Shown piece after piece: positions 28,915-37,762 of a stretch of DNA of 41,479 nt. Source of the DNA: Pseudomonadota bacterium (GTDB taxonomy: Bacteria > Pseudomonadota > Alphaproteobacteria > Paracaedibacterales > CAIOTO01); contig JAZKDQ010000011.1 of NCBI GenBank assembly GCA_040387495.1, positions 1 through 41,479 of the forward strand. Direction: 5' to 3'. Under the pieces are notes generated by a model that was given only the letters and a program-made list of their open reading frames with translations, was not told the DNA's origin and made no database searches. The translations under genes and the position numbers were made by a program. Numbering within the stretch: position 1 is the first letter of the stretch; every line of letters starts with the position of its first letter.

Positions 28915-31359
28915 TCACTTAAATTTCTTCGAATGCCCTTGGCTCACCAAATGGTGATAATGCATTAAATTCTTTTCAACTTTGTCAAACAATTCAGCTC
29001 TTTTAAAGACAAAAAATGGATATTTAGGGCTATGCGCACCTGTTTGATCATGGGTAATTCCACATTCAATACCGAGCATTAGCTCAATTGCTTCAAACAC
29101 TGTGTCAACTGGCCAGATTGAAAAACGCCCTTGCTTCATGTCTTCAACAACATTCTCACGAAGCGTTAAATTAATTAAATTTGCACGTGGCACGATAACG
29201 CCTTGCGTCCCTGTAAATCCTTGTGCTGCGCATACACGGTGAAAGCCTTCAACTTTATAATGTGTTCCGCCAATCGGTTGTGTTACACCAAATTGATTCA
29301 TCGACCCAGTTATTGCAATATCTTGTCGCACTGGCACACCTGATAACGAAGATAAAATAGCGACAACTTCTGCCATGGATGCACTGTCGCCATCAATATC
29401 GACATAGCTTTGTTCGAATGTAAGTGAGCATGTGTAAGACAAAGGAAATTTTTGAGCGAAAAATCCATTTAAAAAACCTTCTAAAATCATGGCGCCTTTT
29501 TGTTGAATTGGCCCCGCTAATTCTGTTAGCCGCTCAATATTAAGTACACCAATATCGCCAGCATAACTACGTGCGGAAATTCGGCAGGGGAGGCCAAAAT
29601 TATGATCGCCAGTGCTTATGACAGAAAGGGCGTTGACCTGACCAATGCTTGTGCCTTGTGTATCAATTAGTATTTGACCTGTTTGAATGTCTTCATGATT
29701 TCTATCTTCAGATGTTGCGTTGCGAATTCGGCGCATAGAAAGCGTCTTATAAATAGCATCTTTACTAATAGTGCCGGTGGTGCCCGCGTTTACTTCTGCT
29801 TCAAGCAGTACATCTGCAATTTGCTCGAATTTTGCACTTAGTTTTTCTCGATGCCCCACCCACCTGGCGCTGCACCCCAGCAAATAATCAAGCGCATCGT
29901 CATCAATCGATTTTCCAGTTAAACGCAGTGAATTATAACGTAGTAATTGACGATACACATGGATGTTTTCTTCTGTTGCAGGCATGTCAACATCAATATC
30001 TGCTTTTATTTTAAAGTATGATTTGAATTCAGGATCATTAAAAAAGAAATTGTAATACCAATAGGGAGAGGCAATTAAAAATATTTGAACATCAAGAGGG
30101 ATTGGTTCTGGTTCTGGGGCGTCAAGTAAAGGCAACGTATTGTCACGGTAGCGTTCTTCAATTCGGATCACCTGATCACGGAGCGCCGATTTTAACATTT
30201 CCCAGACCTCGGGATTACGCGCAATTGCATCTGCACGAAGAACTAAAATTCCTCCATTAGCCAAATGCAGTGAACCAGGTCTAACCATCGTAAAATTGGT
30301 TTCTAAAGCACCATTAGCGTTTGTTCTGTACTTAATGGATCCAAATAGATTTTCATATGTAGGGTTATGCTCCAACATAACCCTTGCATTAGGGTATTCT
30401 TTATTATCTACAAGAACATTAGCACTGTATCGTTCACGCAAATGCTGAGGCATTGTTTTTTGGTTTTCATCAACATTGTCATCTTCAGCAAAAGAATGAA
30501 ATCCTTTTGCTTGCTTTAAAATATCATCCTTTAATTCACCAATCCATGTGCCTAGAAAAGGCGTAAATTCTTCATGAAACCGTATAAACAAAGGGGAAAT
30601 TACTTTTTTGGCTGTCGTTTGCACAAAATCATTAATTTTTTTATGTACCCTTTGCGTTGCTAAGTGCGCAGAAAGGGACATTTTGTTGATTCTATCGCGA
30701 ATTTCTTGTATTTCAACAGAAGTGTCAGGAATTACTTCATTTTCAGTGTTAGTGAGATCAATACTAAATCCATCGCTGCTTTGAACAACATCATATCCCT
30801 TTTCTTTTGCATAGATTTGAACTTCTTGTATTTGTTTATCAACTTGATTCTGAGCTGTAACTGTTAGTTTATCTATATGTCGTACAAATTGTGGGCTATT
30901 AAGGGTTTTGTTAAGTATACCACCAACGTTTTCAATTAATTCATCTAGTTTTTCTTTGAAATGTGTCCCCATACCTGATGAAAATGAAAATGGCTTAGAT
31001 TGATGGTTGTGGATAAAATTATTAACATATACCCAATCTCTCGGGGCAGGTAGAGTTTTTGTATATTGTTTCAAATAAGAGAGAGTCGATGTCATTCGGC
31101 CACTTCTATCTTCGCCAACAACAAATACGTGAAAACCTTTATCGCGCATTTTAAGGCCAAATTCGATCGCGTCTCGCGCGCGTTTGTGAGAAGAAAGATC
31201 AAATAAGCTCAAATCCTGATCTTCATATGTTTCACAGCCACGGCTATTTTGAGTTAATGGGGTAACAGATATCTCATTAATCGCCTGTGAATCGAGCGGG
31301 CGAATGTCTTTGAATGTTGGCATACCAACATCTTTATATGTAATAGAAACTTTTTTCAT
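28915..31359 (-). CDS. Lon-like protease, LonC/YcbZ type (degenerate AAA domain plus S16 protease domain)
   Basis: DWVYVNNF, NPTYENLFG, GSLHLANGG, FEQSYVDIDGDSAS (catalytic Ser), KVEGF (catalytic Lys). Walker A is degenerate: GEDRSGRMT. Confidence 0.9.
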   Translation of the reverse strand: MKKVSITYKDVGMPTFKDIRPLDSQAINEISVTPLTQNSRGCETYEDQDLSLFDLSSHKRARDAIEFGLKMRDKGFHVFVVGEDRSGRMTSTLSYLKQYTKTLPAPRDWVYVNNFIHNHQSKPFSFSSGMGTHFKEKLDELIENVGGILNKTLNSPQFVRHIDKLTVTAQNQVDKQIQEVQIYAKEKGYDVVQSSDGFSIDLTNTENEVIPDTSVEIQEIRDRINKMSLSAHLATQRVHKKINDFVQTTAKKVISPLFIRFHEEFTPFLGTWIGELKDDILKQAKGFHSFAEDDNVDENQKTMPQHLRERYSANVLVDNKEYPNARVMLEHNPTYENLFGSIKYRTNANGALETNFTMVRPGSLHLANGGILVLRADAIARNPEVWEMLKSALRDQVIRIEERYRDNTLPLLDAPEPEPIPLDVQIFLIASPYWYYNFFFNDPEFKSYFKIKADIDVDMPATEENIHVYRQLLRYNSLRLTGKSIDDDALDYLLGCSARWVGHREKLSAKFEQIADVLLEAEVNAGTTGTISKDAIYKTLSMRRIRNATSEDRNHEDIQTGQILIDTQGTSIGQVNALSVISTGDHNFGLPCRISARSYAGDIGVLNIERLTELAGPIQQKGAMILEGFLNGFFAQKFPLSYTCSLTFEQSYVDIDGDSASMAEVVAILSSLSGVPVRQDIAITGSMNQFGVTQPIGGTHYKVEGFHRVCAAQGFTGTQGVIVPRANLINLTLRENVVEDMKQGRFSIWPVDTVFEAIELMLGIECGITHDQTGAHSPKYPFFVFKRAELFDKVEKNLMHYHHLVSQGHSKKFK

Positions 31360-31383
31360 ACCTTAAGAATACACCAGCAATTA

Positions 31384-31399
31384 TTAACAGATTCTTAAC
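31384..31399. promoter_or_regulatory. CtrA-type box in the divergent intergenic region
   Basis: TTAA-CAGATTC-TTAAC. Confidence 0.55.
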
Positions 31400-31530
31400 A
31401 ATCTTGGTTTTCATGTAAAATAAAGCTATTCATTTTAAAAGTTTCAGATGTTTTAACTGTTTGAAATAAATTTTAATGATTTATTAGTGTTTATATGTTT
31501 AAAATGTATAGAAAGATGAGGTTATTTGTA

Positions 31531-32244
31531 ATGTTTAAAGCTATATGTATTCTAATGATAAGCATAGGTTTATCGCATGCAAACGCGATGAAAAGTGATA
31601 GTGCACATAAGAACAAAGAAGATTATATCGCCGCACTAACCTATAAACAGATGAAAAAGATGGAGCATGGCGAGGCTATTAGATGGTTAATTACACCTAA
31701 ATTAAGGTTGACGAAAGAAGACCTGAGTGAGTTGCAAAAAGGAAGTTTAATTCAAGCAGAGGGAGCCGGAACGACTGCCACATTAACTGTTATTGAGTGG
31801 GATGGCGATTTAAAGATGTTTACAGAAGGTTCTGATCTTTTGATGGAAAAAGTACTCTATGATCCAGAAAAAAATGCATACATAGTTAATTATCGATATC
31901 CAAAAGATAATAAAAGTGCTGATAAAGGCATTAAAGCAAGATTGTCAGATATAAAGATTAAATATCCAGAGAGTGAAATTGGGAAGTTTTTAATTGATTT
32001 GATTTCTCATCCTGGATTTCCCGGAAAGTCAGTGGAACCTCAGTCAGTGCAGATTATTAAGCCATCTTCAGTTCATGTAGTTGCCCCGCAAACTATTGTT
32101 ACTCAAGCGCAAGCACCAGTTGTAGTTCAGACAATTCCTCAGCCACAAACAATAATTGTTGAAGAGGTTAGACGTCCATATTATGGCCCATATGTATATC
32201 CAGGTGTAGTCGTTGGTGGCTGGGGACATCGCCGACATTGGTAA
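31531..32244 (+). CDS. Orphan secreted protein with V/P/Q-rich linker and YYGPY...GGWGHRRHW tail
   Basis: Signal peptide MFKAICILMISIGLSHANA from ATG 31531; upstream ATGs to 31495 are possible. Confidence 0.75.
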   Translation: MFKAICILMISIGLSHANAMKSDSAHKNKEDYIAALTYKQMKKMEHGEAIRWLITPKLRLTKEDLSELQKGSLIQAEGAGTTATLTVIEWDGDLKMFTEGSDLLMEKVLYDPEKNAYIVNYRYPKDNKSADKGIKARLSDIKIKYPESEIGKFLIDLISHPGFPGKSVEPQSVQIIKPSSVHVVAPQTIVTQAQAPVVVQTIPQPQTIIVEEVRRPYYGPYVYPGVVVGGWGHRRHW

Positions 32245-32403
32245 GAAATATTATTGCTACTGAAAACGAAAATTTTTTGGCGAACAGTCCTTCTCTTTGG
32301 GAAAAAGTATGTTATACTTACGCTGTTATGTTTTCTGACCTAAGTTAAGGTGGCATGGAATTAAACAGAAAAAATAAAGCATATTCAAAAAAAGGAAGAC
32401 TAT

Positions 32404-33852
32404 ATGCTCAAATCATTTCGCGATGAATTATCTCTTACAACACGCAGGAAAATTGTGTTTTCTTTGTTGGGATTAGTTGTAGGCCTTCTTTTCTTTTCCA
32501 TTCTTTTTCAAGTTTTGGGTTTTACAAAAGCATCTATAAAAGAATATATTTGTGCAACAAATGATGCCCAAACGCGTGCTGAACGTTTAGTTAACGTGGA
32601 AGCTTTGCCTGCCAAGCTCGGCACAATGACAAAACGTGTGACTGCGGTAGGAAGAACAAAAGCAAACGAATTTGTCGTCATAAAATCGGAAATAAGTGCA
32701 CGTCTTAAAGAGATATTATTTACTGAAGGTGGCTCTGTCACAAAAGATGAAGAAATCATTCGATTTGAAAATAATGATGTTCAGGCAGAATTGCAAGAAG
32801 CTGAAGCTAATTTAGTGCTTACTAAAGCAAACTTTGAAAGAACCTCAAAACTACATGAGCAAAAATTTGGCAGTGCAAAAGAATACGATAAATCTAAAGG
32901 TGAGTTTGATGTAGCGACAGCACGCGTTGCTGTGCTTAAAGCTAAACTTGAAAAGACAATTATAAAGGCGCCTTTTTCAGGTCAAATTGGCATTGTTAAA
33001 GAAGAAGTAAACGTTGGTGGATATGTTCAGGCCGGTAGTGAGCTTGTGACGCTCGTTCAAACGAATCCTATGAAGATTGATTTCAAAGTCCCTGAGAAAT
33101 TTGTCCATGATGTGGGTGTTGGTCAGTCAGCTGAAATTCGTATTGATGCATTTAAAGATCGCGTGTTTTTAGCATCGGTAGAAGCAGTCGATTCCAAGGT
33201 TGACCCAGACAGCCATAGCTTAGCGCTTCGTGCAACGACAGATAATGATAACAGTGAATTATTCGCTGGTTTATTTGCGAATGTGAGCTTGATCATAGGT
33301 GAGCGTGGTAACACTGTAATGGTAGATGAAGCAGCAATCGTACGTGAAGGTACGATTGAAACTGTTTGGGTGATTGAAAAGGGCAAAGCACGTCAGAAAT
33401 TAGTTAAAACAGGTGTTCGTGAAAAGAACATGGTCGAAATTATTGCAGGTGTCGGTCAAGGTGAAATTATTGTCACAACCGGGCAACAGCGTCTCCAAAA
33501 TGGTGTCCGTGTAAAAGTTGTCAATGACAAAGATGAAATTGAGCGTGAGCGCTTGGCAAAAGAAAAAGCTGAGAAGGAAAAGGCAGCTGCTGACAATCCT
33601 AAGGAACAGAAAGCAGAAAGTTCTAAAGATGTGAATTCGAAAACAGATGGCGCACTGTTAAATAAGAGTGCTGAACAGTCAGGTACGACTAAAGCTGTTG
33701 AAGCACCTAAAGCTGTTGAAGCACCTAAAGCTGTTGAAGCACCTAAAGCTGTTGAAGTACCTAAGATTGCAGAAAAAATGATTGTTAAAGCAGATCAATC
33801 ATTTATCCTTAAAAATCAAACGATACCAACACCAGTTGAGCCAAAGAAATAA
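32404..33852 (+). CDS. RND efflux periplasmic adaptor (MFP) with long low-complexity tail
   Basis: TM anchor, IKAPFSGQIG, IDFKVPE, AVDSKVD, LFAGLFANV; upstream of the RND permease. Confidence 0.92.
   Translation: MLKSFRDELSLTTRRKIVFSLLGLVVGLLFFSILFQVLGFTKASIKEYICATNDAQTRAERLVNVEALPAKLGTMTKRVTAVGRTKANEFVVIKSEISARLKEILFTEGGSVTKDEEIIRFENNDVQAELQEAEANLVLTKANFERTSKLHEQKFGSAKEYDKSKGEFDVATARVAVLKAKLEKTIIKAPFSGQIGIVKEEVNVGGYVQAGSELVTLVQTNPMKIDFKVPEKFVHDVGVGQSAEIRIDAFKDRVFLASVEAVDSKVDPDSHSLALRATTDNDNSELFAGLFANVSLIIGERGNTVMVDEAAIVREGTIETVWVIEKGKARQKLVKTGVREKNMVEIIAGVGQGEIIVTTGQQRLQNGVRVKVVNDKDEIERERLAKEKAEKEKAAADNPKEQKAESSKDVNSKTDGALLNKSAEQSGTTKAVEAPKAVEAPKAVEAPKAVEVPKIAEKMIVKADQSFILKNQTIPTPVEPKK
33691..33762 (+). 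repeat. 18-bp coding tandem repeat, 4 copies (KAVEAP)
   Basis: AAAGCTGTTGAAGCACCT x3 plus one copy with a single mismatch. Confidence 0.92.
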
Positions 33853-33867
33853 CGAGGCATATTTTCT

Positions 33868-36800
33868 ATGAAATTATCAGAAGTTTGTATTAAACGCCCT
33901 GTTCTTGCTTGGGTTTTAACACTGGTGGTTGTGTTAGTGGGGACCGTTGGATTCTTGCGTTTGTCTGTCCAACAATATCCAAATTTTGAAATACTCTTTC
34001 TTACTATTGAAACACAAATGACAGGTGCTAGCCCGGACATTGTGGAAACACAAATTACACGTGTTATAGAAGAAGCAATTGCTGGTGTAGAAGGTATTGA
34101 TACGATTTCGTCTGTAAGCGCTGCAGGTGATAGCAAGGTGCAGATTGAATTTCGCCCCGGTCGCACGATGGATAATGCCGTTAATGATATTCGTGATCGT
34201 CTAGCAAGAGCACACGATAAACTGCCTGCCGAAGGCAGCCGAACAGATCCACAAATCAATAGAACAAAGATGGATGAAAAACCAATTATAACATTGGCTT
34301 TAACCAGTGACAAAGATGAGCCTAGCGTCCTGTTTGATTATGCTGAAAATGAGATTAAAAAAGATATTGAAGCATTATCAGGTGTTGCGCGTGTTGAAGT
34401 GATGGGTGCATCAGATTATACGATGCAAATTGATCTGGATCCTATACGCATGTCAGCGCATCAAATCACAATTGAGGATGTTAATAAAGCAGTTCGCGCT
34501 CAAAACGTAGAAGAACCTGCTGGTGAAATTGTTAGTAAAAATAGAAAATATTTTATTACTACCGTTGCTAATCTTGAAAAACCTGAAGAGTTTAAAGATG
34601 TAATTGTACGTCAAGTGTCTGGGCGTCTTATTCGTATTAAAGATATTGGTACTGTAAGTGTTCAAGCAGATGATAAAAAATCCCGTACACTTTTCAATGG
34701 CAAACGTGGTATTAGCATGTCGGTATCAAAACAGTCAAATTCAAACCCACTGGATGTTGCAAAAGCTGTTAAACACGCCCTTATCGATGTGTCAAAACGT
34801 TTACCTGCGGGCTATACCCTCTCTGTTGCACGTGATCAAACAAAATTCATTGAGAAAAGTATCAAGGGCGTTTATTGGTCTATTTTTGAAGCAAGCTTTT
34901 TAGTAATTTTAGTTGTGCTTGTATTTTTGCGATCAGCACGTGCTTCGATGATTCCACTCGTTACCATTCCTGTGTCATTGCTAGGCGCCGCTTTTATCAT
35001 GTATATGCTGGGGTATACCATTAATACATTCACACTTTTTGCCATGGTTCTAGCAATTGGTCTTGTGGTTGATGACGCTATTGTTGTGCTTGAAAACGTG
35101 CATAGACATATTGAAGCTGGATTTGCGCCTTTTCAGGCGGCAATCAAAGGGGTCCGCGAAGTAGGGTTTGCTGTTATAGCAATGACTTTGACACTTGTTG
35201 CTGTGTATGCACCAATTCCACTTGCTAATGGTAAAATGGGTAGGTTTTTTACAGAATTTGCTATGACTCTTGCTGGTTCCGTTTTGATTTCTGGTTTTGT
35301 GGCGCTGACCTTATCGCCTATGATGTGTTCACGTTTGTTGACACGTACGCATGTAGTAACAGACAAAACAGCTAAATTATCGTTGTGGGAACAAATTAAA
35401 GAAAAAATTAATATAGATATTTGGCTTGAAATTTTAGAGTCTAACTATGAGCAAATGTTACGCTATTCCCTGTTGCACCGTTTACAGGTGTTAGGAATAG
35501 CGCTTGCAACGGCTCTGCTTGGTCTTTGGGTATATGTGTTCTTGCGTTCGGAGTTCTTTCCACAGCAAGATGTTAGAGCCATTCAAATTGAAGCAAATGC
35601 CCCCCAATCTGCAACAATTGAATATACAGAACGCCACATCAAAGATTTAGATGATATTCTTGCCACATATCCTGAAATGGAACGACGCATTACGATAATC
35701 AACAATCCAACTGTTGATGTTGGAATCGAATTAACCGAGCATAAATCATCTATAATACGTTCACTATTTTCATTCATATTGCCACATGAAAAAATGACAG
35801 AAGAAATCATTGCAGAACTTAGGAAAAAATTTGAGAAAGTAACGGGCATTGACCCTCGTATACGCAGCGGAAACTCAACTGATGCTAATACGGTTGAATT
35901 TGTTATTCGTGGTAACAAATCGCAAACTGAGCTTAAAGATTTGACTAATAACGTGGTTCAGGGTCTTTACCAGAGTGGAATTGTTAGTCAGGTAAGATCG
36001 GTAAGTAATAATGACAGTGAAGACTATATCGTAACATTGCAACGCGATAAAATTTCAAATCTAAAAAAAGAACCGCGTGATGTTTCTGACACAATTACAC
36101 ATCTTATTAAAGGGAGGAAAGCTGGAAAGTTCAAAAGAAATAATAAACAATACGATGTTAAACTCCAGGTTAAAATGGAGTTTAAGGAAAATCCTGAAGA
36201 TATTTTAAAGCTATTTATAAAAGCAGGTACAGAAAAAAACCCAACATTGGTCCCATTGTCCGAACTTGTTTCAGTTGATGCACGTACAGGTCCTCATGAA
36301 ATCCATCGCTATAACCGGACACGTTCTTCGACTGTATATGTTATTTTAAAGCCTGGTTTCACCGTTGGTGATGGTGTTGCGCTCGTAAACGAACTTGCTG
36401 CGGAGCACATACCAGAAGATACGCGCTGTGATTTTGCCGGTGAGACAAAAAAGTTTCTTACTGAAAGCCAATCAATGTTTATTGTTTTTGGCTTATCACT
36501 TTGCTTTATTTATCTTGTTATGGCTGCACAGTTTGAAAGCTGGCGTGACCCATTTATTATTTTCTTTAGTGTTCCTTTATCCTTGATTGGGGGCGTGTTC
36601 GCATTAAGTTTGATGAGTGGAGGAACACTAAACGTATATTCATTTATTGGTTTTATCACGTTGGTTGGTTTAATCACGAAACATGGTATTTTGATAGTGG
36701 ATTTCGCAAATCGTTTGCGTGAAAGTGGAAGCAGTATTTCGGATGCTATTATTATGGCGGCAAAAACACGTCTTCGCCCAATTTTGATGACAACGCTTGC

Positions 36801-37011
36801 AATGGTTTTGGGAGCTGTGCCATTGATGTTTGGTGCGTCTGGTGCAGGTGGTGAAAGCCAACGTCAGCTAGGCTGCGTTATTATTGGTGGTATGTCACTT
36901 GGGACAATTTTTACCGTCTTTATTGTGCCTGTGGTATATACGTTAATGACGTCAAAAAAGCTGAAGAAAAATAAATTTATGCATGAAGAAGAGAATGTTA
37001 AAGCGCATTAA
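33868..37011 (+). CDS. RND (AcrB/HAE1-type) efflux permease
   Basis: CIKRPV, GLVVDDAIVVLEN, SPMMCS, KHGILIVDF, RLRPILMTT. Confidence 0.96.
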   Translation: MKLSEVCIKRPVLAWVLTLVVVLVGTVGFLRLSVQQYPNFEILFLTIETQMTGASPDIVETQITRVIEEAIAGVEGIDTISSVSAAGDSKVQIEFRPGRTMDNAVNDIRDRLARAHDKLPAEGSRTDPQINRTKMDEKPIITLALTSDKDEPSVLFDYAENEIKKDIEALSGVARVEVMGASDYTMQIDLDPIRMSAHQITIEDVNKAVRAQNVEEPAGEIVSKNRKYFITTVANLEKPEEFKDVIVRQVSGRLIRIKDIGTVSVQADDKKSRTLFNGKRGISMSVSKQSNSNPLDVAKAVKHALIDVSKRLPAGYTLSVARDQTKFIEKSIKGVYWSIFEASFLVILVVLVFLRSARASMIPLVTIPVSLLGAAFIMYMLGYTINTFTLFAMVLAIGLVVDDAIVVLENVHRHIEAGFAPFQAAIKGVREVGFAVIAMTLTLVAVYAPIPLANGKMGRFFTEFAMTLAGSVLISGFVALTLSPMMCSRLLTRTHVVTDKTAKLSLWEQIKEKINIDIWLEILESNYEQMLRYSLLHRLQVLGIALATALLGLWVYVFLRSEFFPQQDVRAIQIEANAPQSATIEYTERHIKDLDDILATYPEMERRITIINNPTVDVGIELTEHKSSIIRSLFSFILPHEKMTEEIIAELRKKFEKVTGIDPRIRSGNSTDANTVEFVIRGNKSQTELKDLTNNVVQGLYQSGIVSQVRSVSNNDSEDYIVTLQRDKISNLKKEPRDVSDTITHLIKGRKAGKFKRNNKQYDVKLQVKMEFKENPEDILKLFIKAGTEKNPTLVPLSELVSVDARTGPHEIHRYNRTRSSTVYVILKPGFTVGDGVALVNELAAEHIPEDTRCDFAGETKKFLTESQSMFIVFGLSLCFIYLVMAAQFESWRDPFIIFFSVPLSLIGGVFALSLMSGGTLNVYSFIGFITLVGLITKHGILIVDFANRLRESGSSISDAIIMAAKTRLRPILMTTLAMVLGAVPLMFGASGAGGESQRQLGCVIIGGMSLGTIFTVFIVPVVYTLMTSKKLKKNKFMHEEENVKAH

Positions 37012-37762
37012 CTTTTCTACTTGGCAACAGTTTGAATCGCATTGGGTTGATGGATTAGTTGAGCGTATTTCTCTTGTTAAGCGTCCCTTTGTAAATCCTA
37101 TTTTGGTGCACCCCAAATTTTTGCCATTCCCAAAGTCACAATTGGTTGACCCTCTTTTAACACATCGTCTTGCCTCACTTGAGACACTTACTATATCTAA
37201 AAATACGCATGACCTTATTTTATTCAGTCCATTCCTACAATGGACAAAGGATGTGCCAGGTATGCTTAAACAAGCATATAATTCTCTTACTGAAGGTGGC
37301 CTTTTCGTAGCTTGCTTTTTTGGGCAAGATACACTTATTGAGTTCAAGTCTGTTTGTGCTGCATATGATATTGAGCATGCACAGGGACTTCAACAACGAT
37401 TCCTACCGACCATTCATACTAAAGATGCTGGGATGCTTATGCAACGTGCCGGATTTGCAGACCCCACTGCTGATATTGAACATCTTTCCTTTTCAGTTAC
37501 ATCTGTCGAAAGTCTCGTGGAAAAGCTCCGTGATAGTGGGATGAATAATTCAATGGCTAAGGTATCATGTATGCCGTATATTCCTACGACAATGTTACAA
37601 AAGACCTTTTTGTCGGCAGCGAATCATTCTTACTTAACACAGTATCCACACCAATCTCGAGGACTGAATGTGAGCGTTGATTTGATTTTCATATGTGGTT
37701 GGAAGCAGTCTGATTTAAAAAGTATTAGTCTGTTAAACAAAAATCTACCCATTGCTTTGTAA
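36995..37762 (+). CDS. BioC/NDUFAF5-like methyltransferase-fold protein, divergent
   Basis: LQWTKDVPG, LTEGGLF, GQDTLIE, DAGMLMQRAGFADPTAD. No clear glycine-rich SAM motif. Confidence 0.7.
   Translation: MLKRINFSTWQQFESHWVDGLVERISLVKRPFVNPILVHPKFLPFPKSQLVDPLLTHRLASLETLTISKNTHDLILFSPFLQWTKDVPGMLKQAYNSLTEGGLFVACFFGQDTLIEFKSVCAAYDIEHAQGLQQRFLPTIHTKDAGMLMQRAGFADPTADIEHLSFSVTSVESLVEKLRDSGMNNSMAKVSCMPYIPTTMLQKTFLSAANHSYLTQYPHQSRGLNVSVDLIFICGWKQSDLKSISLLNKNLPIAL

Noticed and set aside
28727..28918. 63-aa minus-strand ORF between the Lon-like gene and tim44
   Set aside because: AT-rich intergenic composition and no motif; coding cannot be supported.
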